A program made the translations under genes and the position numbers. The notes under the pieces were generated by a model, which searched no databases, was not told where the DNA came from, and saw only the letters and a list, made by a program, of their open reading frames with translations. From Planctomycetota bacterium (lineage in GTDB: Bacteria; Planctomycetota; UBA11346), in contig JBBRLJ010000002.1 of NCBI GenBank assembly GCA_038231435.1, positions 64,001 to 128,000 of the forward strand: a DNA stretch of 64,000 nt, in the 5' to 3' direction. Below, piece by piece: positions 50,243 through 59,391 of this stretch. Each line of letters begins with the position of its first letter. Positions within the stretch are counted from its first letter, which is position 1.

Positions 50243-50269
50243 GGCGTGGCTCCTGACGGTGCCGGGTGA

Positions 50270-51424
50270 TCAGCGGGACACGGAGGTCCAGCGTTGCGTG
50301 CGGTGACTGGCGAGAATGGCGTCGCAGAGGGCGAGCTCGCGGTGGCCATCGGCGAAGGTCGGGTAACCCGGACCGTCGGCGCTCACGCGACCTGCCACCG
50401 CGTCGTAGAACGTGCGGAAGCATTGCTTGAAGGTGTCGGGGAAGCCTTCGACGTGGCCGCCGGGGTAGCTGGCGTGCGCAGCGGCCATCGGCGCGAGCAG
50501 CGTCGGGTCGCGGATCAGGTGCTGGCTTGGTCCATCGCGCCGGCCGATCCATAACGACTCCGGGGATTCGCTGTCCCAGGCGAGGTTTCCCTGTTCAGCG
50601 GCGATCTCGTAACGCAGGCAGTTTTTTCGTCCGGCTGCCACCTGCGAAACGAACAACGATGCGCGAACGCCACCGGTCAGACGCATCAGGACATTGCCGC
50701 AGTCGTCGGTGGTGATGGGTATGGTGTCTCTCTCAGTGCTCACCTCGGTCGACGCGCCACCGGCGAACGTCGTCACCTCGCTGCAAGGCCGGCTGCGCCG
50801 CGGGTGCACAGTGCACAGATCGGCCATCACGCTGTCGATCTCGAGACCGGTGAGTGTGCGGATGAGATCGAGCCAATGCGTGCCGATGTCGGCGACGGCC
50901 CGCAGGTCGCCGCCCTGGTCTGCCAGGACCCGCCAATTGTAGTCGCTGGTCTTCAGCAGCCAGTCTTGGGTGTAGCTGCCGTGGATGGACAGGATCCGTC
51001 CCAACGCTCCACTGCGCAGCAGGTGTCGGGCATGCAGATTGAGCGGATAATAGCGCACGTTGTAGCACACCCCGGCCTGTAGGCCGCTGGCTCCAGCGCG
51101 CGCCACCAGATCGGCTGATTGGCGCGCATCCATCGCCAGGGGCTTTTCGCACAGCACATGCTTGCCCGCGGCCAGGGCCCGGCAGGTCAGATCATAATGC
51201 AGGACGTTGGGTACCGCGAGATGGACCACCGACACCATCGGATCAGCAAGCAGATCGTCGTAGTCGCGGTAGGCGCGCGGAAGGCCTAAGGCTCCACGCG
51301 CACGCTCGGACTTGACCGGATCGCTGCCGAGGATCCCGGCGATGCCGATACCGAGCCGGCGCAGAGCCTCGACATGTACCGGGGCGATGAAGCCCGTGCC
51401 GACGACCGCAGCGGCCAAGGTCAT
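50270..51424 (-). CDS. Gfo/Idh/MocA family oxidoreductase
   Basis: VVGTGFIA, GKHVLCEKPLA, DIGTHWLD; ATGA overlap with the aldolase gene. Confidence 0.93.
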   Translation of the reverse strand: MTLAAAVVGTGFIAPVHVEALRRLGIGIAGILGSDPVKSERARGALGLPRAYRDYDDLLADPMVSVVHLAVPNVLHYDLTCRALAAGKHVLCEKPLAMDARQSADLVARAGASGLQAGVCYNVRYYPLNLHARHLLRSGALGRILSIHGSYTQDWLLKTSDYNWRVLADQGGDLRAVADIGTHWLDLIRTLTGLEIDSVMADLCTVHPRRSRPCSEVTTFAGGASTEVSTERDTIPITTDDCGNVLMRLTGGVRASLFVSQVAAGRKNCLRYEIAAEQGNLAWDSESPESLWIGRRDGPSQHLIRDPTLLAPMAAAHASYPGGHVEGFPDTFKQCFRTFYDAVAGRVSADGPGYPTFADGHRELALCDAILASHRTQRWTSVSR

Positions 51425-52455
51425 GAAGCGGTTCCCGCGCGTGCGGTAAGCCCGAGCGCTGCTTGCAGGCAGCTCGGTCCTCGTCCGGCCGATCCCAGCA
51501 TCGCCATGCGTTGGCAGACGATTGGGACATACGCCCGTGACACCGCGCTCTGCACGCCATGGTCCATCGCCGTCACCTTGAAGTCGCGATGCCGCGGGTC
51601 GATGCAGGGTCCGTTGGCGCTCCAATACTCGCGCGCCGCTGTCGCGCGGATCAGCAGGGATTCGCTCGACCAGTTCACCTTCGTCACTCCGGCCGCGACA
51701 CCCTCGCGCAGCTGCGCTTCGCCCAAGCCGGTCGATCCGTGCAAGGCGACGCCCATGGTGCGAGCGCAGATGCCTTCGATGAGCGCCTTGGCCTTGGCCA
51801 CCGCCGTGGGCGAGAAGGTGGGAAAGCCATCAGCGCTGAACCCGTGCTGCGTGCCGATGCCTGGGGCGAAAAGGGCGAGATACCCGGGATGGCGTCGCTC
51901 CAGTCCTTCCACCAGACGTTCGATCACCGCGAGTTCAGTGATGCCATCATCGACGCCAGCCTCCATCTCGCAGGTCAGCGGAACCCCGTGCGCCTCGGCG
52001 TGACGGATCAGCGCCGACAGGGTGTCGATGTTCTGCTCCTCGCTCAGCTCGCTGGCATCCAACGAGATGCTGGATGCGCGCAGGGTCGCCGTGCTGCCCT
52101 GGTTGCGCAGGGGCAGCCCGCTGATGGCCGCGCTGATGATGCGCAGAGTGTCCGGTCCCTTGATGTGATCGGTGTGGAAGATCACGGGAATGCCGGCATA
52201 GGCCGGGTCCTCGGCCAGGACGCTGATGTCAGCGAGATAGCGGGCAAGACCACGCAGCGGATCGCCCGCGCCGAAACTGTGGCCTTTGAGCTGCCACAGG
52301 CTGGTCTCGACGATCACCGGGGCTTGCGCCAGACGCGCGCCTTCCAACACATCGCCAATGCACGCCGGGCTGTCGGCGTTCACCGCCAGGATGGCGAAAC
52401 GTTCACGTGCGGCGAGGTCGTAGACGGCGCGGGCCTGGATGGGATCGAGGAGCAT
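51421..52455 (-). CDS. Class II (Zn) ketose-bisphosphate aldolase family protein
   Basis: HTDH, DAS, EMEAG, GTQHG, LHGSTG, KVN. Confidence 0.85.
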   Translation of the reverse strand: MLLDPIQARAVYDLAARERFAILAVNADSPACIGDVLEGARLAQAPVIVETSLWQLKGHSFGAGDPLRGLARYLADISVLAEDPAYAGIPVIFHTDHIKGPDTLRIISAAISGLPLRNQGSTATLRASSISLDASELSEEQNIDTLSALIRHAEAHGVPLTCEMEAGVDDGITELAVIERLVEGLERRHPGYLALFAPGIGTQHGFSADGFPTFSPTAVAKAKALIEGICARTMGVALHGSTGLGEAQLREGVAAGVTKVNWSSESLLIRATAAREYWSANGPCIDPRHRDFKVTAMDHGVQSAVSRAYVPIVCQRMAMLGSAGRGPSCLQAALGLTARAGTAS

Positions 52456-52465
52456 GGCGATCCTT

Positions 52466-53947
52466 TCAGGCCAGTTCGACTTTGATATGTTTGCGATGCA
52501 GGTATTCGCCCATGGCGTCGCGCCCGAGTTCGACGCCGAAACCGCTGTTCTTCCAACCCTCGTATGGGGCGTAGGCGGTGTTGACGTTGACGTGATTGAC
52601 GCAGACCGTTCCGGCCTCCAGCTGTTCGCTGAGCTGCATGGTGCGCGCCAGATCCCTCGTGAAGAGGAAGGCGCACAGGCCGTAGTCGCTATCGTTAACC
52701 CAGCGGACCGCCTCCTCCAGATCGGTGTAGGCCATGAACGGCGCCACCGGTCCGAAGGTCTCGTCCCGCATCACCAGCATCTCGGGCGTGCAGCCGGCCA
52801 ACACGGTCGGCTGGTAGAAGTTGCCGGTGTCAGCACGTCCAGGCGGAGCGTCGCCTCCGCTGACCAAGCGCGCGCCCTTGCGCAACGCATCGGCGACATG
52901 CATCCGCACCTTGGCCAAGGCAGCCGCGGTGGTCATTGGTCCGAGATCGCTGTCCGGCGGCACCAGTCCATCGCCGATGGTCATGGCGCGGCCTTCGGCC
53001 GCGACCAGATCGACCAACCGATCGTGGATGCTGGCGTGGGCATAGATGCGGTTGATCGACGAGCAGCTCTGTCCCATGTTGCGAAACGCCTTGTAGGCGA
53101 TGGCCTTGGCCGCCGCTGGCAGGTCTGCGTCGGCGCAGACCACTGCCGGGCATTGGCCGCCCAGCTCCAACGTGATTTTCTTCAGCAGCGGGCCGGCGGC
53201 CTGCATGATCGCTTTGCCCGTGCTGGTGGAGCCGGTGAAGGCGACCTTGGCGACCTGACGATGCACCACCAGTGCGGTCCCCACCTGCACGTCGTCGCCC
53301 ACCAGGACATTGATCAGCCCCGGTGGCAGACCACCGTCGACCAACGCCTTGCAGAACGCGACCGGTGACAAGGGCGTCACGCAGTTCGGCTTTACCACGA
53401 CGCTGCATCCGGCCGCCAGGGCCGGTCCCAGTTTCCACGACAACAGGGCCACGGGATAGTTCCATGGTGTGATCGCGGCCACCACCCCGACGGGCTGACG
53501 GATCACCCAGGACCGTAGGGTCGCCTTCTCGGTCTGATTGATCTCGCCGGTGATGCGCGGAGCTTCGGCGGCATAAAAGTCGATGAGGTCGCACGCGCCG
53601 ATCACCTCGGCGCGCGACTGGACGAACGGTTTGCCCTGCTCCAATGCCATGAGACGACCGATGTCATCAGCCTTGGTGCGGGCATGGGCGGTGGCTTTGC
53701 GGATCACCGCCTCGCGCACATGAGCAGGGATCTTCGCCCAGGCACGCCAGGCGCGGTCCGCTGACTGCACGGCCGCCTCGATCTGTTCCGGGCTGGCCCA
53801 TGCGAACGTGCCCACCACGTCGCCGGTGGCTGGCGAGCGCACCTCTCCCTGACGCGTGCCGCTGCCCTCGGCAGCACGCCCATCGATGAGCAGCAAGGCG
53901 CGTGGCAGGGCATTGGCTGTGGCTGTAGAATGCGGAGCGGTTTGCAC
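52466..53947 (-). CDS. NAD-dependent aldehyde dehydrogenase (GabD-like)
   Basis: ITPWNYP, FTGST, LELGG, GQSC, ETFGP. Confidence 0.93.
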   Translation of the reverse strand: MQTAPHSTATANALPRALLLIDGRAAEGSGTRQGEVRSPATGDVVGTFAWASPEQIEAAVQSADRAWRAWAKIPAHVREAVIRKATAHARTKADDIGRLMALEQGKPFVQSRAEVIGACDLIDFYAAEAPRITGEINQTEKATLRSWVIRQPVGVVAAITPWNYPVALLSWKLGPALAAGCSVVVKPNCVTPLSPVAFCKALVDGGLPPGLINVLVGDDVQVGTALVVHRQVAKVAFTGSTSTGKAIMQAAGPLLKKITLELGGQCPAVVCADADLPAAAKAIAYKAFRNMGQSCSSINRIYAHASIHDRLVDLVAAEGRAMTIGDGLVPPDSDLGPMTTAAALAKVRMHVADALRKGARLVSGGDAPPGRADTGNFYQPTVLAGCTPEMLVMRDETFGPVAPFMAYTDLEEAVRWVNDSDYGLCAFLFTRDLARTMQLSEQLEAGTVCVNHVNVNTAYAPYEGWKNSGFGVELGRDAMGEYLHRKHIKVELA

Positions 53948-53963
53948 GGTATGATCTCGGTGC

Positions 53964-55001
53964 TCAGACGGTGGGGGTGATGCAGACCTTGAGCGCGCTG
54001 CCTTTTTCCATCAGCGGGAAGGCGTCGGTCATCCGCTCCAGGGATAATTGGTGCGTGACCAGCTTGGCGGCGGGAAAACGTCCAGAGAATACCATGGCCT
54101 GTGCCGCCTCGAAATCGCTGGGCTTCTCGCTGTAGCTGCCGGAGACCAGCAGCTCCTTGTAGTGCAGGTGGTTGGTATTGAGCGTCGCCGTCGGCTTGGA
54201 CTTGGGCAGACCGCCGAAGAATTCCACGCGCGCGCCCTTGGCCGCCATCTCCAGCGCATCGGCCTGGGCCTGCGCGGCTCCCACGGCGACGATGACCACC
54301 GAAGGACCATAGCCATCGGTGAGGCGCTTGATCTCGTCGAGATGCGCCTGCTCCTTCACCGGGATGTAGTGATCGAAGCCGAAGCGCTTGCACAGCTCGA
54401 GGCGCTCGGTGCTGACATCGCAGAGGATCACCGTCCGCGCCCCGCGCTCGCGCGCGGCGACACCGTGCATGACGCCGATGGGACCGGCCCCCATCACCAC
54501 CACCTCATCGCGGAATCCGATGCTCATGCGCGAATGCGCGTTCAACACGCAGCCGAGCGGTTCGCAGATCGCCGCGTGCGTCGAGAGGACGTGGTCTGGA
54601 ACCTTGTAGAGCTGCCGCCGTCCCGCGGCGGGGATCTTCACGTACTGGGCGAACGCCCCGTCGTGCTGGTAGCTCATCGTGGTGCGCGTCAGGCAGAGGT
54701 TCGAGCGTCCATCGCGGCAGTACCGGCAGACGCCGCAGGCCATGACGATGAACATCACCACGCGGTCGCCGACCTGGACCGACGCATCGCTGGCGGCACT
54801 TTCCACCACGCGGCCGCAGAATTCGTGACCGAGGATGCGCGGCGGGGCGATCTTCGCATCGCCATGGCGGAAGGTGCGAAGGTCGACTCCGCACACGGTG
54901 ACCGCTTCGACCTGGACCAGCAGTTCGCCAGTGGTCAGCGTCGGTGTCGGGATCTCTTCGAGACGGAAGTCCTCTTTGGCGCGATAGACGACAGCGTGCA
55001 T
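53964..55001 (-). CDS. Zn-dependent polyol/alcohol dehydrogenase (L-iditol 2-dehydrogenase-like)
   Basis: CGVD, GHE, CGVCRYC...C, GAGPIG. Confidence 0.92.
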   Translation of the reverse strand: MHAVVYRAKEDFRLEEIPTPTLTTGELLVQVEAVTVCGVDLRTFRHGDAKIAPPRILGHEFCGRVVESAASDASVQVGDRVVMFIVMACGVCRYCRDGRSNLCLTRTTMSYQHDGAFAQYVKIPAAGRRQLYKVPDHVLSTHAAICEPLGCVLNAHSRMSIGFRDEVVVMGAGPIGVMHGVAARERGARTVILCDVSTERLELCKRFGFDHYIPVKEQAHLDEIKRLTDGYGPSVVIVAVGAAQAQADALEMAAKGARVEFFGGLPKSKPTATLNTNHLHYKELLVSGSYSEKPSDFEAAQAMVFSGRFPAAKLVTHQLSLERMTDAFPLMEKGSALKVCITPTV

Positions 55002-55040
55002 GGGGTTCCAATGTCAGGTGGTGCGGGAGGCGATGGAGGT

Positions 55041-56519
55041 TCAGCTCATCCAGTTGCGAGCGGCGTTGGCCGTCCACTTGCGCGTGATCTTGCGCGTCTT
55101 GCTCCAGAAGCCGATGGCGTCTCGGCCCGTGATGTCGCCGATGCCGAATCGGCTATCATTCCAGCCGCCAAAGGCGAAGGGCTCGCGCGGCACCGGAACG
55201 CCGATGTTGATGCCGACCATGCCGGCACGGACGTGCTGTTCGAAATGCGCCGCAGCGGCGCCGGACGAGGTGAACAGCGCGGCGGCATTGCCGTAGGGCG
55301 ATGCATTTTCGAGCGCGATGGCCTGATCGAGGGTTTCGACCCGCAACACGCTCAGCACCGGTCCGAAGATCTCGTCGCGCACGCATTCGTGCTGGGCCTG
55401 GACGTCATCGATGATCGTCGGGCCGACGTAGCAGCCGTTGGGTTTGCCCTCTGCCACCGCGCCGCGTCCATCCGCCAGCAGAGTTGCGCCGCCGGCTGCC
55501 GCACGCTCGATGTAGCCGAGGATACGGGCACGGGCGCGCTGATTGATGATGGCACCGACATCGGTGCCGACGCGCGCCTTGGTCGCGATCTCGACCACGC
55601 CGCTCAGAATCCGCCGGCAATCGCCGACCAGGATGAGCACGCTGGCCGCCATGCAGCGTTGACCGGCGCAACCAAAGGCCGATGCCGCGATATTCTTGGC
55701 CGTCGCCTCCGGATCGGCGTCAGGCAGTACGACCAAATGATTCTTGGCGCCACCCAGGGCCAGCACGCGCTTGCCGTTGGCCGTGCCACGCTGGTGCACG
55801 GCCCGGGCCACTGGTGTGGATCCGACGAAAGCCGCGGCCTCGACGTGGGGGTGGTCGAGCAGTGCTTCGACTGTCGTGCGATCACCCTGCACGACATTGA
55901 AGACGCCATCGGGCAGGCCGGCGTCGTGCAGCAGCTCCGCCAGACGCACCGGCGTCAACGGCACCTGATCGCTGGGCTTGAGGATGAAGGTATTGCCGCA
56001 GGCGATGGCGAGCGGGAACATCCACATCGGCACCATCGCAGGGAAGTTGAAGGGCGTAATGCCGGCCACTACTCCGAGCGGATGTCGGCGCGTCTGGCAA
56101 TCGACGCCACCCGATACTTCCAGCACCTCGCCGGTGATCAGCTGCGGCATCGCCGTGGCGTACTCGACGACCTCCAGACCCTTGCGGATGCCGGCTTCGC
56201 TCTCGGCGAGGGTCTTGCCGCTCTCAGCCGTGACGATGCGCGCGAGGTCGGTGAGGTGGCGCTCGACCAGCTCCTTGAAGCGGAAGAGCGGCTGCACGCG
56301 CTCCTTCACCGGGGTCTGACCCCAGCTGGCGAAGGCAGCCTTGGCCTGGACCACCGCCGTCTCCACCTCGGCAGCGGTGGCGGCGGTCAGCGAGCCGAGC
56401 GACGTCCCATCGACTGGCGAGATCAATGCGCTCTGTGGGCCGCTCGTCGGCAACACCTTGCCACCCACCAGGGATACGGGGCGGGGCAGGGTCGCGGGCG
56501 CAAGCTGGGGCGTCGCCAT
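55041..56519 (-). CDS. mmsA: CoA-acylating (methyl)malonate-semialdehyde dehydrogenase (MmsA/IolA)
   Basis: ITPFNFPAMVPMWMFP, FVGST, GGAKNH, GCAGQRCMA, GINIGVPVP. Confidence 0.92.
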   Translation of the reverse strand: MATPQLAPATLPRPVSLVGGKVLPTSGPQSALISPVDGTSLGSLTAATAAEVETAVVQAKAAFASWGQTPVKERVQPLFRFKELVERHLTDLARIVTAESGKTLAESEAGIRKGLEVVEYATAMPQLITGEVLEVSGGVDCQTRRHPLGVVAGITPFNFPAMVPMWMFPLAIACGNTFILKPSDQVPLTPVRLAELLHDAGLPDGVFNVVQGDRTTVEALLDHPHVEAAAFVGSTPVARAVHQRGTANGKRVLALGGAKNHLVVLPDADPEATAKNIAASAFGCAGQRCMAASVLILVGDCRRILSGVVEIATKARVGTDVGAIINQRARARILGYIERAAAGGATLLADGRGAVAEGKPNGCYVGPTIIDDVQAQHECVRDEIFGPVLSVLRVETLDQAIALENASPYGNAAALFTSSGAAAAHFEQHVRAGMVGINIGVPVPREPFAFGGWNDSRFGIGDITGRDAIGFWSKTRKITRKWTANAARNWMS

Positions 56520-56552
56520 GGTCAGGTCCTTTCCGGACGATGGCTGGTTGTA

Positions 56553-56569
56553 CGGTGGCTTAGCCACCG
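56553..56569. promoter_or_regulatory. Candidate GntR operator CGGTGGCT-T-AGCCACCG; related site TGGATAGGCCAC at 56667-56678
   Basis: Perfect palindrome in the divergent promoter region; the second site lies 2 bp from the regulator's -10 (TAGGCT). Confidence 0.55.
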
Positions 56570-56692
56570 GTCAATGACAGAGTTGTTTTCGGGGTATTTG
56601 CCACATTAATCCATTTTAAAGGGCCATAGTGATATATCCTTGAAGCCACTCGACCATCTTGCTCGCTGGATAGGCCACGCTAGGCTGCGTGC

Positions 56693-57460
56693 ATGGATGA
56701 CGTCCTGATTCGCGCTCCGGTCTATCAACAGCTCAATCAGGTGCTCCGCTCGCTGGTCACCTCCGCCGAATTCGATCCCGGTCAGCGCTTCCTGACCGAG
56801 CGCGAGATCGCCGCGCGCTTCTCGGTGAGCCGGGCGACCGCGAACAAGGCGCTCTCCAACCTGGTCTCGGAGGGCGTGCTGGAATTCCGCAAGGGCATGG
56901 GCACCTACCTGCGCCAGCAACCCATCAGCTCCGATCTCGGTGCCCTGGTCAGCTTCACCGACCGTGCCCAGGTCGCCGGCAAGCAGCCGGAGACCATCGT
57001 CCTGAGCCTCACCGAGACCGACAGCGCCCCGGAGGACATCACCACCGCGCTCGCCGTGCCGGCCAACGCCCGGGTCTGGGCCATTGAACGCTTGCGCCTG
57101 GCCGACCGCCAGCCGCTCATCCTCGAGCACCGCTGGGTGCCGGTGCAGATGATGCCTGAGGTGAACACCGACGATCTCTGCGGTTCGATCTACCAGCTGT
57201 GGACCGGGCGCCTGCGCCTGACCATCAGCGGTTGCAAGCAGACCATCTCCGCGGTCGCGCTCAGCGCGAGAGAATCACAGCATCTTGCCGTCGCCTGCGG
57301 GACAGCGGCCCTGCAGGTGTACGGCATCGGATATCTTGCCGACGGAAAACCGCTGTGGGTCGAACGCACGCTGTATCGCGGCGACGGCTTCGTCTTCAGC
57401 AACGTGCTTGGCCGGGCACCTGGCACCGGCGCTGCGGGAATACGGTCGCTCATCGCGTGA
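56693..57460 (+). CDS. GntR family regulator, HutC/UTRA subfamily
   Basis: PVYQQL, TEREIAARFSVSRAT, KGMGTY; UTRA domain (SFTD, ERLRLAD, SIY, YRGD). Confidence 0.93.
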   Translation: MDDVLIRAPVYQQLNQVLRSLVTSAEFDPGQRFLTEREIAARFSVSRATANKALSNLVSEGVLEFRKGMGTYLRQQPISSDLGALVSFTDRAQVAGKQPETIVLSLTETDSAPEDITTALAVPANARVWAIERLRLADRQPLILEHRWVPVQMMPEVNTDDLCGSIYQLWTGRLRLTISGCKQTISAVALSARESQHLAVACGTAALQVYGIGYLADGKPLWVERTLYRGDGFVFSNVLGRAPGTGAAGIRSLIA

Positions 57461-57704
57461 GCGGCTCGCCAGTCCGACGACACCTGGCATCCAGTCACGA
57501 GTCGAGGACGGACGACGATAGCCCATCCGATGGGTCGGATGACCGCTCATTCTGGTCAGAAAAAGCTTCATTCGCCGGGACTGCACCAGAAAACGTCAGC
57601 CTCGGAGACGGTGCGCCGCGCGATCATTGCGTGCTAATGCGGCGTTCCGCGTCCTAGTCGGTCGTCCGCTGGCATCGATCGCCGTAGCGGATACGGCTAT
57701 CCGC

Positions 57705-59387
57705 ATGACCTCGATCCCTGCCTCTCCCGCCCTCGTTTCCGGCGATCTCGATCCGCGCACCCGCCGCTTCCTCCATCCGACGCGCATCGTGTGGCAGAGC
57801 CCGGCGCCGGCCGCCCCGGAGAACGCCGCCCACCTGCTGCGCGCGAACATCCACCAGGCGGTCGCGTGGAAGACCCCCTGCTGCACGTTGCGCCGCTCGG
57901 GCGCAATCTGCGGGCTGGTCCTCGATTTCGGCAAGGAGCTCTACGGCGGCCTGCGCCTGGTGATCGGCGCCACTCCCGACAACAAGCCGGTGCGGTTGCG
58001 CATCCGTTTCGGCGAATCGGTGGCCGAGGCGATGGCCGAACCGTTCCCGATCCATGGCCACGCCGTCCACGACGATGCCGTCCTGGTCCCGTGGTTCGGT
58101 TCGCACGAGTTCGGCTCGACCGGCTTCCGCTTCGCGCGCATCGACGTGATGGACGAGGGGGCGTGGGTCGAGCTGGTGAGCGTGCGCGCGGTCTCGTACC
58201 TGCGCGATGTGCCCCGTCTCGGCTCGTTCCGCTGCGACGACGAGCGCATCAACCGCGTCTGGGAAACCGGCGCGGATACCGTGCACCTGTGCATGCAGGA
58301 CATGCTCTGGGACGGCATCAAGCGCGACCGCCTGGTGTGGATCGGCGACACCCACCCCGAGTCGATGGTCATCTCGACGGTGTTCGGCGGACACCCGATC
58401 GTGCGCGAATGCCTCGACTTCGTGCGTGATCAGACCCCCCTGCCCGGCTGGATGCACGGCATCAGCTCGTACTCGCTGTGGTGGATCCTCATCCACCGCG
58501 ACTGGTACGCCTACCACGGCGATCTCGCCTACCTGCGCGAACAGCGCGCCTACCTGGTCGAGCTGCTCGCCTTCGTGATATCGAAGATCGACGCCGACGG
58601 GCGCGAGACGCTCGACGGCTTCCGTTTCCTCGATTGGCCATCGAGCCCCGACCAGGCCGCGGTCCACGCCGGGCTGCAGAGCCTGATGGTGCTGGCGCTC
58701 GAGACCGGCGCGCATCTGTGCGCGGTGCTCAACGACGGCGCGATGAGCGCGCGCTGCGCCGAGGCGGTCGCGCGCCTGAAGCGCCATGTCCCCGAAGCCA
58801 GCCCGACGAAACAGGCCAACGCGCTGACCGTGCTTGCCGAACTCGCCGACGCGAAGGCGATCAACCAGGCGGTGCTCGCGCGCGCGCCGCTCTCCGGACT
58901 GTCGACGTTCTACGGCTACTACGTGCTGCAGGCGCGCGCACGCGCGGGCGACCACGCCGGCTGCTTGGACGCGATCCGCTCGTTCTGGGGCGGCATGCTC
59001 GATCTCGGCGCGACCTCCTTCTGGGAGGATTTCAATCTCGACTGGACGGCCAACGCCGGGCGCATCGACGAGCCGGTACCCCCCGGCATGAAGGACATCC
59101 ACGGCGACTTCGGCGATTTCTGCTACAAGGGCTTCCGTCACAGCCTGTGTCACGGCTGGGCGGCCGGCCCCACCGCGTGGCTGTCCGAGCACGTACTCGG
59201 CATCACTCCGGCGACCCCCGGCTTCGAGACCGTGCGCGTCCGTCCGCGCCTCGGGGGCCTGCGCTGGGCCGAGGGCACCTTCCCTACGCCGCGTGGGGTG
59301 GTGACGGTGCGGCACGAGCTGTCCGCGGACGGCAGCGTGCGTTCGACCGTCGACGCGCCGCCCGGGATGCGCGTGCGGCGCGAGTGA
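57705..59387 (+). CDS. Alpha-L-rhamnosidase-like glycoside hydrolase (GH78-type)
   Basis: LDFGKE, DGIKRDRLVWIGD, FLDW, GATSFWE, SLCHGW. Confidence 0.9.
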   Translation: MTSIPASPALVSGDLDPRTRRFLHPTRIVWQSPAPAAPENAAHLLRANIHQAVAWKTPCCTLRRSGAICGLVLDFGKELYGGLRLVIGATPDNKPVRLRIRFGESVAEAMAEPFPIHGHAVHDDAVLVPWFGSHEFGSTGFRFARIDVMDEGAWVELVSVRAVSYLRDVPRLGSFRCDDERINRVWETGADTVHLCMQDMLWDGIKRDRLVWIGDTHPESMVISTVFGGHPIVRECLDFVRDQTPLPGWMHGISSYSLWWILIHRDWYAYHGDLAYLREQRAYLVELLAFVISKIDADGRETLDGFRFLDWPSSPDQAAVHAGLQSLMVLALETGAHLCAVLNDGAMSARCAEAVARLKRHVPEASPTKQANALTVLAELADAKAINQAVLARAPLSGLSTFYGYYVLQARARAGDHAGCLDAIRSFWGGMLDLGATSFWEDFNLDWTANAGRIDEPVPPGMKDIHGDFGDFCYKGFRHSLCHGWAAGPTAWLSEHVLGITPATPGFETVRVRPRLGGLRWAEGTFPTPRGVVTVRHELSADGSVRSTVDAPPGMRVRRE

Positions 59388-59391
59388 CCGC

